Below, piece after piece: positions 34,335-44,600 of a stretch of 64,000 nucleotides of DNA. Each line of letters starts with the position of its first letter. Within the stretch, counting starts at the first letter, position 1. The notes beneath the pieces are model-generated. The model saw only the letters and a program-made list of their open reading frames with translations. It had not been told where the DNA came from and did not search any database. Both the position numbers and the translations under genes were made by a program. The DNA is from a virus, in IMG/VR virus record IMGVR_UViG_3300021197_000592, positions 1-64,000 of that record, one strand, 5' to 3'.

Positions 34335-35906
34335 ATGGCAACAGGAGCAACGTTAGGAAATCAAGTATGGGTAGGTGCAGGTTCAGCGGCAACAATGATA
34401 CCGGAGACAGATATCTACCTAGTTAGCGCAAATGCAGTAGCAACGAACAGGGCCAACGGATTTGAAACTGAGTTACAAGATATGGTTTCGGGGTTGTATG
34501 TAGGATGCATGGCAACTGTAACCGATGACAGTAATTCTGATTTAGAAACTGTAGCCATGATTACCGCCAATGACGGGGACAGCATAACTTTCGATAGGGA
34601 TGTCGCTAATGCAACTAGCAATGTCCTACATGTGAGAATACATGCCTTTGGCGCACCTGTCCCAGCAAAGACGGTGAACTTAGGAAGCGCAGACAGGCCA
34701 GTTCTTCTAGGAGACAACTGGTTGGGTCTTGTAAACAGCATCACTCCTCCAACGGTGGATGTCGAACTAGGAGAAGTTCCCCTAGCATTGACTGGTAGGA
34801 ACATGGGGTTCAGATTCAAGAAGGGAGAGACTGTCACTGGTGGTTCGATGGACTTGTCCATGAGCAACGGAATGTGGTTGTACTACGCACTAGGAAAAAT
34901 AAATTCGGTAGGCCACACAAAGGGTGCTGCCGCAGATACTAACACAAATGATTTCGTGACTTTAGGAGATAACTCCACAACCTTCGTAAGAGCAGAGAGT
35001 AACAAATTGTATCCTCCTGTTTTCGCTCCAAGTAGTCAAACTGATTATACTACGATGAAAGCACCGGCAAATGCCTTTGTTCTTGGAACCGGAGCGATAA
35101 CATATGGTTTCTCTGAACACAATGGGGATACTCTGCCCTCCTTCGCATTAGAAGTCACGATGGAGAAAGACGGTCTTGCCAATGCCAACTACTATGTTGG
35201 CTCTGAGGGGACAGACACGGATGACACCACTAGGCCATTCAAGGACATTTACTCAAGGATATTCACTGGATGTCAAGTGAACACACTAACGATGAACTTT
35301 GAGGAAGGGCAAGAACTCAAGGCAAACCTAGACCTAGTGAGTAGAAGAGCATTCGATTCTCCAAATGGCTATGTTCCCAAGAAGAACCAGAGAAGCACAA
35401 CCAGTCTCAAGAATTACTCAAGCACCGAGGCAGACAACCAACCATACCTTTTCTCTGAGGGGTTGATTCAGGTGTTCGGACAGGATGTCGCTAGAGTGAA
35501 GAGTGGAAGTCTGACTATAAACAACAACATCGCACCTCAAAGATTCATCGGCACATACGACAGAGGAATAACATCTGCTCACATTCCCGGTGCTAGGACA
35601 TACGAGGTTTCCCTGAATCTACTAGTGACCGACACGGATGTGTGGGATAACTTGAGAGCGGCTAACGAACATGGCTCTGGTGAGACACTAACTCTCAAAT
35701 TCACAAAATCAGCAAATGATATCATACAGATACAATTACAGGACTACATAGTGCAATCACTAGACGTACCCTTCCCCGAAGACAAGGGACCAATCGAGTA
35801 TGCAATCACGCTTACGGCTAGAACTCTAGTGGCGGGAAGCGGTGTGACTGGCACTCCTGCTGGAACGTTCTACAAAGGTAAGTGGGTAATTCAAAACATA
35901 GATTAG
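34335..35906 (+). CDS. major tail tube protein
   Basis: LPSFALE, FTGCQVNTLTMNF, SGSLTINNN tube-like motifs; followed by chaperone and tape measure. Confidence 0.8.
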   Translation: MATGATLGNQVWVGAGSAATMIPETDIYLVSANAVATNRANGFETELQDMVSGLYVGCMATVTDDSNSDLETVAMITANDGDSITFDRDVANATSNVLHVRIHAFGAPVPAKTVNLGSADRPVLLGDNWLGLVNSITPPTVDVELGEVPLALTGRNMGFRFKKGETVTGGSMDLSMSNGMWLYYALGKINSVGHTKGAAADTNTNDFVTLGDNSTTFVRAESNKLYPPVFAPSSQTDYTTMKAPANAFVLGTGAITYGFSEHNGDTLPSFALEVTMEKDGLANANYYVGSEGTDTDDTTRPFKDIYSRIFTGCQVNTLTMNFEEGQELKANLDLVSRRAFDSPNGYVPKKNQRSTTSLKNYSSTEADNQPYLFSEGLIQVFGQDVARVKSGSLTINNNIAPQRFIGTYDRGITSAHIPGARTYEVSLNLLVTDTDVWDNLRAANEHGSGETLTLKFTKSANDIIQIQLQDYIVQSLDVPFPEDKGPIEYAITLTARTLVAGSGVTGTPAGTFYKGKWVIQNID

Positions 35907-35935
35907 GAGGGATATCAAGAGTAACGATATCTCTC
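35907..35935 (+). terminator. 10-bp hairpin with loop AAGAGTAAC
   Basis: GAGGGATATC pairs with GATATCTCTC (one G-U); directly after the tail tube stop. Confidence 0.55.
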
Positions 35936-35992
35936 AAAAACATTCCACCAACATCTGTTTGTTTGTTGGTTAGAAAAAAGGTGGAATAAAAT

Positions 35993-36352
35993 ATGACAAA
36001 TGTAGTAAATGATAAGAGTATGCTGTTCGCAAGAACAGAAACCGAATGCCATGAGTTGAGGGTCAGCCCTGACTCAGATGAAATAATGAAAGTGTGGGTA
36101 AAGGAACCTACTTGGCTTCAAGTCGAGAAGGCTACCTCTCAGTTGATGAAGGTAAATTCCAGAACCCAAGAGATGGAAGTTGACATGAACAGTCTCTACA
36201 AGTACCTAGTGACGGAGTTTGTAGAGAAGACAGAACCGCCATTAGAAGCGATAGACATGTTGAGGCTGAGTCCTTACATCGGCGCACAACTCAAGGAAGT
36301 CCTCCCAAATCCATTCATGGATGTGGAGGATGATATGGGAAAAGCAAGTTAA
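35993..36352 (+). CDS. tail assembly chaperone (lambda gpG-like)
   Basis: Between tube and tape measure; slippery site near its end. Confidence 0.8.
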   Translation: MTNVVNDKSMLFARTETECHELRVSPDSDEIMKVWVKEPTWLQVEKATSQLMKVNSRTQEMEVDMNSLYKYLVTEFVEKTEPPLEAIDMLRLSPYIGAQLKEVLPNPFMDVEDDMGKAS

Positions 36353-36555
36353 TTCAAAAGGCACTAAGAGGAGGAGAAATAGAACCGGAGTTAGCAATGA
36401 ACATGATGCTATACTCCTACTGTAGAATATTCAATATCAATCCAATGGAGGCAAAGGATACACCGATTTCAAGAATGTTAGGAATGTTGCAGATACATGG
36501 GGAAGTTGAGACATACAAGAATGAAGAGTTAGAACGAAAAGCAAAGAAGAAGTGA
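36337..36555 (+). CDS. -1 frameshift extension of tail chaperone (gpGT-like), slippery heptamer G GGA AAA at 36337-36343
   Basis: -1 frame open from the site to TGA 36553-36555: SKLIQKALRGGEIEPELAMNMMLYSYCRIFNINPMEAK...KKK. Confidence 0.8.
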   Translation, partial: GKSKLIQKALRGGEIEPELAMNMMLYSYCRIFNINPMEAKDTPISRMLGMLQIHGEVETYKNEELERKAKKK

Positions 36556-36559
36556 GTGA

Positions 36560-37837
36560 ATGGCAACCAAGGAGATTTATTCGATATCTGCGGCTAACAA
36601 AGCACTTGCAAGTAGTTATGATGAGTTATCTGAGAGTCTTTTATTGAATGACAAATTTCTGAAAGGCTGGACTATTGTTGCTAGAATTACCTCTGGTAGT
36701 GCTTTTTGGAGGGCGCAAAACAAGATACGTGCAATTGCAGACGCTTATGCTGTTATGGATAAGGCACAGAAAGATAATATCGAAAGCATGAGCAAAGCCG
36801 CTGAGACAATGGAGATGTTGAGAAAGGCTCAGAAGAAAATGCCAAAGCGTAGTGAAATCACTAAAAAGTTTGACCCCGAAGAAATTAGGAAGACCAAGGA
36901 ATTCAAGAACCAAAGAAAGGCATTCGCTATGGCTTATGGTAGTGAGGAAAAAGGCGATAAAGCACTAGAAAGCCAAATCATAGGTCAACTGACAACCAAC
37001 GAGGATGTGATGGCTGGTATGCATAAGAGACAAGCAGAGGCTATTCGATATCAGGCAATGGGTTGGAGATTGGACAAGAAACTCGCATTCAAGACCATGA
37101 AGTTCATGCAATTCGTTGGTGGCGTTCTGAAAATGTCTGCCAAGTTCTTAGGCAATGCATTGCTATGGTCGTTCCTTCTCATACTGCTCATCCCACTTGC
37201 ACTCAAGTTCTTCAAGAACTTCAAGAACATTTTGGGAGAAATGGGCATATCATTAGGGTTGGAAGACATCAAGAAAGCGTTGAACTTTGCAGTTGATATA
37301 CTCAAGACGTTGTTTGAAGTATTTCAATTGGCCTTCTCAGGGGATGTGGTAGGCGCGTTGAAATTGTATGTTGGTGAGATACTAATCCCAATATTCGGGT
37401 TGGTTATGAAAGCCCTTCCAAAGATAATACTAGTAGTATCCGCTTTGTTTGGTGCATTTGTCAGAACTCTCATAGAAACGGCCAAGGCCATACCCGGTAT
37501 CATAATGAAAGAATTAAAGGCATCATTATTCAAAGGCATGAAATCTGGTTTGGGCGGCAGCGTAAGTAAAGGAAGGATGTTTGCAAGTGGAGGTACTTCG
37601 GCTGGCGGTATGGCTTTAGTCGGTGAAAGAGGACCGGAACTGGTGAATCTCCCTCCCGGTGCTAGGGTGCATTCCAATGCCGCTAGTAGGAACATGGGCG
37701 GTGGAGGGGCGATACACGTTCATGTCAACGGCAGAGTGGGTGCATCTGATGCTGAGATAAGGGACATCGCTCAGAAGGTCGCTAGGGAAATCAAACTACA
37801 GATGAACAGAACAGGAAGCGCGGTAGGTAGATTCTGA
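36560..37837 (+). CDS. tape measure protein (short, 425 aa)
   Basis: Helical, hydrophobic middle; C-terminal FASGG...ALVGERGPELV; position. Confidence 0.8.
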   Translation: MATKEIYSISAANKALASSYDELSESLLLNDKFLKGWTIVARITSGSAFWRAQNKIRAIADAYAVMDKAQKDNIESMSKAAETMEMLRKAQKKMPKRSEITKKFDPEEIRKTKEFKNQRKAFAMAYGSEEKGDKALESQIIGQLTTNEDVMAGMHKRQAEAIRYQAMGWRLDKKLAFKTMKFMQFVGGVLKMSAKFLGNALLWSFLLILLIPLALKFFKNFKNILGEMGISLGLEDIKKALNFAVDILKTLFEVFQLAFSGDVVGALKLYVGEILIPIFGLVMKALPKIILVVSALFGAFVRTLIETAKAIPGIIMKELKASLFKGMKSGLGGSVSKGRMFASGGTSAGGMALVGERGPELVNLPPGARVHSNAASRNMGGGGAIHVHVNGRVGASDAEIRDIAQKVAREIKLQMNRTGSAVGRF

Positions 37838-38538
37838 TGACAGGTGAGAACTTCTCCAACTTTCAGGTGTTCCTAGAACTACAAAGAAGAAACGATGAGG
37901 GTATTGGAATACAAACCGGAAACGTGAACAGGATACCACTGATGGCTGACTCAATCACCATAAACACATCAAAGACCGTGATGAACATGGGGGTTCCATT
38001 CTCAGGAGCCGTGACTGGTGAATCACTGAACCTAGCCTTTGACACTGGCATGGCACAGAAAACCGTGAATATCTCTGGTACTCTTCTAGGGCAGACGATA
38101 ACGAAGAAGAGAGATGGTGAAGATGCGAAGAGCAGAAAACTAACGTCATATGAACTGGCCCAGTTGATTCACACATATGTAGACTCAAGCGCATTCCAAG
38201 ACGACCAAAGCCTGAACAAACTCATCATACTAATTCCAAGTAGGGTTAATCAGGCATTTGAATACAGAAATGCGGCAGATGAGGATAAGGATTTACTTGA
38301 GTTGCCTAAAATACCATTCACTTTCAAGAATCGTGGGTATGACAACGTATTCACATCACAGGGTAGCAACGAGGAGTTCTACGCGGCATACACCGGCTCA
38401 GAAGCAGATTCTATAGGATTAATGGGTTTCATACGGTCTTTCAATACTACATTGACAGGAATGGATTTCCCAGCAGTTACATTTACTCTCGACTTTGAGG
38501 AGGCGTTCGTTCTCGCTGAGAACTTCTTGGATGGGTGA
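37837..38538 (+). CDS. distal tail/hub protein candidate
   Basis: Position after tape measure; beta-rich. Confidence 0.5.
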   Translation: MTGENFSNFQVFLELQRRNDEGIGIQTGNVNRIPLMADSITINTSKTVMNMGVPFSGAVTGESLNLAFDTGMAQKTVNISGTLLGQTITKKRDGEDAKSRKLTSYELAQLIHTYVDSSAFQDDQSLNKLIILIPSRVNQAFEYRNAADEDKDLLELPKIPFTFKNRGYDNVFTSQGSNEEFYAAYTGSEADSIGLMGFIRSFNTTLTGMDFPAVTFTLDFEEAFVLAENFLDG

Positions 38539-41500
38539 ATATGGTCAATGCGTTTATTGAGAACTCGTACAAATTGGTATTTCCCCTAATGTCCAATGGG
38601 TATCTCAATCTTGATTACGACAAGGCTGTGAATCATGCGGCTGGTGCTGTTGAATCAAGTGGTGTTCTAGTTAACAATGGTAGTGGAATAGGAGCCACCT
38701 CTACAACAACGATAGCAGTTGATACTGTTGATGCTACAACCAAGTTCTCAATCGAAGACAACGTGTTCGATGATACTGGTGCTTTGGTTGGAGTTGTAAG
38801 TGCAGTAACAGCCACACAGATAACACTGGTGGCAAACAACGCAGTTGCATTGAACAACAATGAGAATCTCAAAAAAAACATAACACCAACGTCATCGTTG
38901 AGAGACAGAAGCATCTGGTCTGATAACGCTGACATAGGCATAGCAAACGGTTTCGTGTTAGAAGCCATAATTACCCCATACGATGTGAATGGAGCGGGTT
39001 CTAGGGCTTCGGGTAGGCATGGAGTGCTTGACTCCCAAAGAACGCCTCCATACCCCACAGATGCGATAACCGATAGAACGGTATACGAGAGTATAGATTA
39101 CCTCGGTGCGTCTGCTTATCTAACTCAGAAGATGATGCTGTTTCACAATCAATATCTCAAGTTCTACTTGCAGAACACTACAAGCAGTTCTTACAATCAA
39201 CCAGCAGAATACAAGTTGAAGGCTGAACTCAGCAATGCGGCTGGCTCCTCGGTTAGCATAGAGAGCGGTACTATCATCAGTGCGGATAGTGCCTTACAGG
39301 GATACTATGACGCAAGTGGATACTACAAAGGTCTGACTACCAGTCATAGTAGGGTATCGGCATCTGCTAGTGGTAGTAATCCAAGCAACGTTGTGACCAT
39401 TGGCACATTTGGTAATCTTGAGAAGAATACGAAGGCAACTGGTCAGATTGTGGTTTCGGGTGATATAGCAAATTATATCAGTCCAGTTAACGCTACGGCT
39501 ACTATAGGGATAGTAGATAGAAACGCATTGAACACTGATGTATTTCCAGTGCTGGAACAGGGAGAGGTAGTCTTCGGTCCGACCAATCCGACAGATGCAG
39601 TATCGGCAGGTCTTATCAATAATCATATTCAACTAGTACATGAGTTGGGCGGTGAAACAACAAAATGGTATGCTATAGCATCCGGAGGAAGTGTAAGCAA
39701 TGGTGATGCTTTATCTGGTAACAATGGTGCTTTCACATATCCTAGTGGTTCCAGAGCATATCTGATAGGAGGCGATTTAGATACAACAGCATCTAATTTT
39801 GCAACTGCTGTAAATGCATATGATGCCGGTTTTGCTGGTACTGCTTCAAGTCCTAGAAACACGACAGACCTAAGCGGGGCCACCACAAAGAGCGTTACAC
39901 TGACTGTAGTGCAAACTGCTTCTGCTCCAAACAGAATAGGCATCACTAGTGCCGCATTGACCACAGGCGCACAGGTTTCCAGTGGACAATTGAAGACAAA
40001 CGATTTCAGTAGTGGTGCGGCGGTTGGTGCTGGACTTAATGCCGGAGTCAATGAGTTGATTCTAGGTGAGTCTACTGGTTCAAATGACAACACAATCAAC
40101 TACTTCACGATAACAGATAGTGCTGGTAATGTGAAGAACTACTTTCCAGCACACGATTCATCTCAGTCTACTGGTTCTACTGGCACTAGGACATTAGATG
40201 ACAGTAGCACTGTATCTGTGGTTTACTTCAATTTCGCAAGTAATGCAAGCAATACTACGGCGGCTATTGCATTAATATCAGCAATCAATGGGTCATCTGG
40301 ACACCCAAGCACAATAACAGCACAGAACAACGGTAGTGGAAACATCGGATTATCTCATGATGTAACTGGAACTGCTGGTAACGGTGCGGCCTTAGCAAAG
40401 GCAAACATCGCTAACGGCGTAGGGACCATCTCTGGTGCTAATTTCACAGGAGGGGTCAATGAGGCAAATGCGACTAGCACCCCTTTCATACAACTAATAG
40501 ACAACGAATCAAGCCCAACTACGAAGAAGTATGTCCCGGTAAAGAACGGGGATGCCTTGGGTAACGGAAATAACGGTGGAGGAAGCATCGGGGATGTCAG
40601 TGGTGGAATAGCGTTCCAAGAGGGAGGTAGTGCTTCTGCTACTGCTGATAATCTAAGAACTGCTATTGCTCATAGTAATGGTCACAATGGAACCATACTC
40701 ACAGACTCAGCGGGTAGTGCTACAATCAACCTGACTCAGAACAAGATAGGTGCTAATACCGCCGCAATAACTCTAACCAATCTGCCTTCAAACATCAGCA
40801 GGACTAATTTCAGCGGTGGTGGAACACCCGATAACTTCCTTGGTCTGACAGATGCCGCTGGTACATTGAAGAAGTACAAGGCATCACAACATGAAACCAC
40901 TGGAACAACAGATGGCACATATGTATTCTACAAAGCAGAAAGCAACAACGACACAACTGCCGCAAATCTAGAGACTGCTATAGACGGAGCAAATGGGCAT
41001 AATGGTACTCTCATCACAACTAGAGCCAGCAATGCAGTTACAGTGAAGTTGAATCAAGCCGGAGCCGGAAGTTCAGCAGTAACAGAGAATGTCACAGGAT
41101 TATCCACAAATCCAACTAGTGGAAATGGGTTCTCCACTAGCACTGCTAACACAGTTGAAGTCGGAAGCGGTGAAGCAGAGGGTATCAGTGCAGGAAACAA
41201 GATATACGATTCATCGACCACTCTCATAGGTACAGTGCAGAGCGTATCCGGAGATACAATCACGCTCGATGCCACACCTGCTACGGCTATTACTAGTACA
41301 GTATACACTGACCAATTGAAGGAGGCTCTATATCTTGAACAGGTATACAAGGTAGCATTAGTATATACCAAAAGTACATTGTCTTTGTTTCTAAATGAGG
41401 AGTTAGTAAAGAAAGACACCCACACTCTCAATCCTTTCCATCTGCATCACAGTGATTGCAAGATAGGAAGGGGAGCGAACAACGCAGAGCAGTTCTTCGG

Positions 41501-41609
41501 TGAACTGTTTGAGATAGCAATGCACAAGGGAAAGAGGCCATCTTCCACACAAAAGACACTCACGCCGGGATTCTCGGACATCTTGTTTTACTATACGTTT
41601 GGTGAGTGA
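38535..41609 (+). CDS. tail-tip protein, LamG-like ends with large repeat insertion
   Basis: FVLEAIITP...; C-terminal LFLNEELV..IGRG..QFFGELFEI; internal Gly/Thr/Asn repeats. Confidence 0.65.
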   Translation: MNMVNAFIENSYKLVFPLMSNGYLNLDYDKAVNHAAGAVESSGVLVNNGSGIGATSTTTIAVDTVDATTKFSIEDNVFDDTGALVGVVSAVTATQITLVANNAVALNNNENLKKNITPTSSLRDRSIWSDNADIGIANGFVLEAIITPYDVNGAGSRASGRHGVLDSQRTPPYPTDAITDRTVYESIDYLGASAYLTQKMMLFHNQYLKFYLQNTTSSSYNQPAEYKLKAELSNAAGSSVSIESGTIISADSALQGYYDASGYYKGLTTSHSRVSASASGSNPSNVVTIGTFGNLEKNTKATGQIVVSGDIANYISPVNATATIGIVDRNALNTDVFPVLEQGEVVFGPTNPTDAVSAGLINNHIQLVHELGGETTKWYAIASGGSVSNGDALSGNNGAFTYPSGSRAYLIGGDLDTTASNFATAVNAYDAGFAGTASSPRNTTDLSGATTKSVTLTVVQTASAPNRIGITSAALTTGAQVSSGQLKTNDFSSGAAVGAGLNAGVNELILGESTGSNDNTINYFTITDSAGNVKNYFPAHDSSQSTGSTGTRTLDDSSTVSVVYFNFASNASNTTAAIALISAINGSSGHPSTITAQNNGSGNIGLSHDVTGTAGNGAALAKANIANGVGTISGANFTGGVNEANATSTPFIQLIDNESSPTTKKYVPVKNGDALGNGNNGGGSIGDVSGGIAFQEGGSASATADNLRTAIAHSNGHNGTILTDSAGSATINLTQNKIGANTAAITLTNLPSNISRTNFSGGGTPDNFLGLTDAAGTLKKYKASQHETTGTTDGTYVFYKAESNNDTTAANLETAIDGANGHNGTLITTRASNAVTVKLNQAGAGSSAVTENVTGLSTNPTSGNGFSTSTANTVEVGSGEAEGISAGNKIYDSSTTLIGTVQSVSGDTITLDATPATAITSTVYTDQLKEALYLEQVYKVALVYTKSTLSLFLNEELVKKDTHTLNPFHLHHSDCKIGRGANNAEQFFGELFEIAMHKGKRPSSTQKTLTPGFSDILFYYTFGE

Positions 41610-44600
41610 ATGGGTACGACAGACAAGGGCAAGGCACTATTCGTGATGAATGCTGGTAAAACGGAGTCAGACATCACAGACGACAGTACGTCATTTGACT
41701 ATGGTGACCATGCTACGAAGAAAACAGAGGCATATCTATCTACATCTGTAAATCCTCTATTCGTACAGAACAATCTACAGTACGAGAACTCATTAATAGG
41801 CACAGACTCTACGTGTGATTACAATAATGACCCTACTATTACAATGGATGATACGTCTATTTTAGTAGTGGGAATGGGAGTTTCGGGAACTGGAATACCA
41901 TCAGGAGCAACAGTTGCAAGCATCACCAATAGTACAACATTTGAGTTAAGTGTATCTACTACTGGTGGTGCTGTAACTAATGGCACACTTACTTTTAGCA
42001 AACTTGTCAATTCAGCGAACTTCATAGAGATAAGAAAGGACTCTCATGGCGGGTCTATCAGCAATGATTTGGCAGATAAGGTAGGAAACAGATTGTATCC
42101 CGGTAACACTACGCTGACTTCCTTCGCTCAGAACAGAAATGAGACACATTCCTTCAAACTAAAAGTATTTGACTCACAGGTTGCTAACTCTGAAACAAAC
42201 AGGAAGTTAGTCTACTCCACATCTAATTATCCTGCTACCGAGGAGATAGGGCTGGATATAGAGAACTATGACTACTTCGTTCTCTTGAATCCCGATACGG
42301 TCCAGATGGGTGCTGATGCAGTAAGACCACACTTTGCAAAGGTAACTAGAATCATAACGTTCGATGAGTTTGGAGATGGCTTAGAGTTCAGTCCACCGTA
42401 CCCAACCGAGGTTCCCCTCAACACCAAGTTTGAGATATACAAGGGACCAGCGAAGACCGCTACTGATATCGTAGCAGTCAGTTATGGATTGAGAGGAGAT
42501 ACATCCTCTTCTACTCCGAAGCATGATAGGGTCAATGTATGCAGTAGACCAACTTGGTACTTCTATGATGAGAGACTGGATGAGAAAAACCAGTTGGATT
42601 ACATGACCAAGTACAACGCTACTCATCTACGATGGTGGGGATACTCAACGAACATATCCATCACCGAGGTAAAGGAACACGCACAGTTCGCAGTCGGCTC
42701 TAACACTGTCAAGTTCATCACTAGTGGTAGCAGTGATACAAACAAACTCTCTGTGGGTATGTCTCTGTTCAATGCCAGTGATGTGTATCTAGGAAACATA
42801 GAAAGCATATCAAGCAACGATGTACTTCTGGACTTTGCAAGAATAGCAGTCAGTGCGACCACATCTGACTTCAACGTGAAAGTAGGTAAGACGATACAGA
42901 ATGTGATATTCAGGACAGAGGGCAAGTTTGACAATACGATACCAAGTCTAGGTAAAGAGAGATTAGATGCTGTTCTTGTTGATGCGAATCTGACCAGTGA
43001 CGACTCAAATTCTAGTGATTTCTATCGATGGCAAAATGCATTCCCGAAGATGCATCGCCATACAGCGAATTCAGATACAACCACTGCTACTACATTGGAT
43101 GGTAATCTTACTGGACCCGGAAAGTATGTTACCTTTGAATTAGCGAATTTTAAGAACAATAGGATTCCTCATGTTATAGATGCTATAGTTAACAATCCTC
43201 GCAATAAAATGAGCCAAATAGGAAAGTTCAGCATAATAGACAACAGTGGACTGCAACACTTGAAGGTTCAAGAAGAGGACGATTTGATTATTCAGAAAAA
43301 TATCCACAATGATGATTTAAAATTAATCGCTTTTCATGGCACAGCAGCAAGGGATTCATCTAACACCTCCTTGATTGTATTGAGTGATATCAAGAAGGAA
43401 ACTGAACTGAGAGCAATACTCTCAACAAACGACATCGTTGAGATTGATGGCTATCAGTATGTGGTCAATGCGGTAAACGCACAGTCTAGCGGTACGCAAT
43501 CATTCACGGTAAAGGACAAGAAACTCAGGACTGCCAATACTTGGACTGGCAGTGCAGTAGCAGAGAACTTCACTGGAAAGACGCTGTTCTTGACTCCTTA
43601 CACAGGAGTTCTCAATACGGAGTTAGAACCTGATACCGAGTTCAACTATACGCAAAGCAGGTTGAATATTGATGGCATCACCGTAGAGAAGGAGAAGACC
43701 AAACTCTACAACGCTAGATTGGTGAATGGCATATTCAACGGTCACGACAATAAGATAGACTATGGTGACAGGGACAACAAGTATCTCAAGATGCAAGACT
43801 CAGACAGGGTGTTCTACCAAAGAAGTAATGAGAACCTCAGTCGTTTCTACTACTACAAAGGAGCATATGCAGTCAGTGACACTGTATTCACTGGGATAGT
43901 GGAGGATGTGACCAGTAGTGCGGAGAATGGCCTCAGTACCCTGAACATCGTGGGCAGGGATGAGACATCCCAACTACTCACTCAAACCATCACTAGGGAT
44001 ACTTTGCTCTTGGATGATGTGGTGCATACCAATGTGCCACCAACATTGAGTCACGCAACTACCCTGACTGGTTTCGCTACGGAGGACAGTGGCGTGAATG
44101 TCAATGGCGCATTGAGTGCCGGGGCTTACAATTCGATTGTCGTGGATGGTACTGACCCTAGAACTAAATTCGTGGTAGGTGATAAAATCTACAAAGACGA
44201 TGGAACATTCATTGGTGTCATTACTGTTATGGCAAATGCCAATACAATCTCCTTAGACTCTGCTGATTTAAGCACAAGACCAGCACTGGCTGATAATCAC
44301 AATCTGCACAAGTCTGTAATCATAGACAACGGACAAGTCGTTGAAACTCTTTCTGGTAATGTAAATGCAACTGGATACATTAGCCTGTCTCCGGGTGGAC
44401 TAAGTGACCTTAACGTTGCTCCGAAAAGAGGAGGAATACTGATGAACCAAGCGGGGGAGTTCGTTGGGGTTGTCAAGGACACAAGCAATAATAGCGTCTT
44501 GTATCTATTCAATTCGCCTGTTTCCACGGCTACAGTCACAACCGACTTGAAGTATTACCATCCGTATGATAGTTCATTCGTGAACGTAATGACCGGAACG

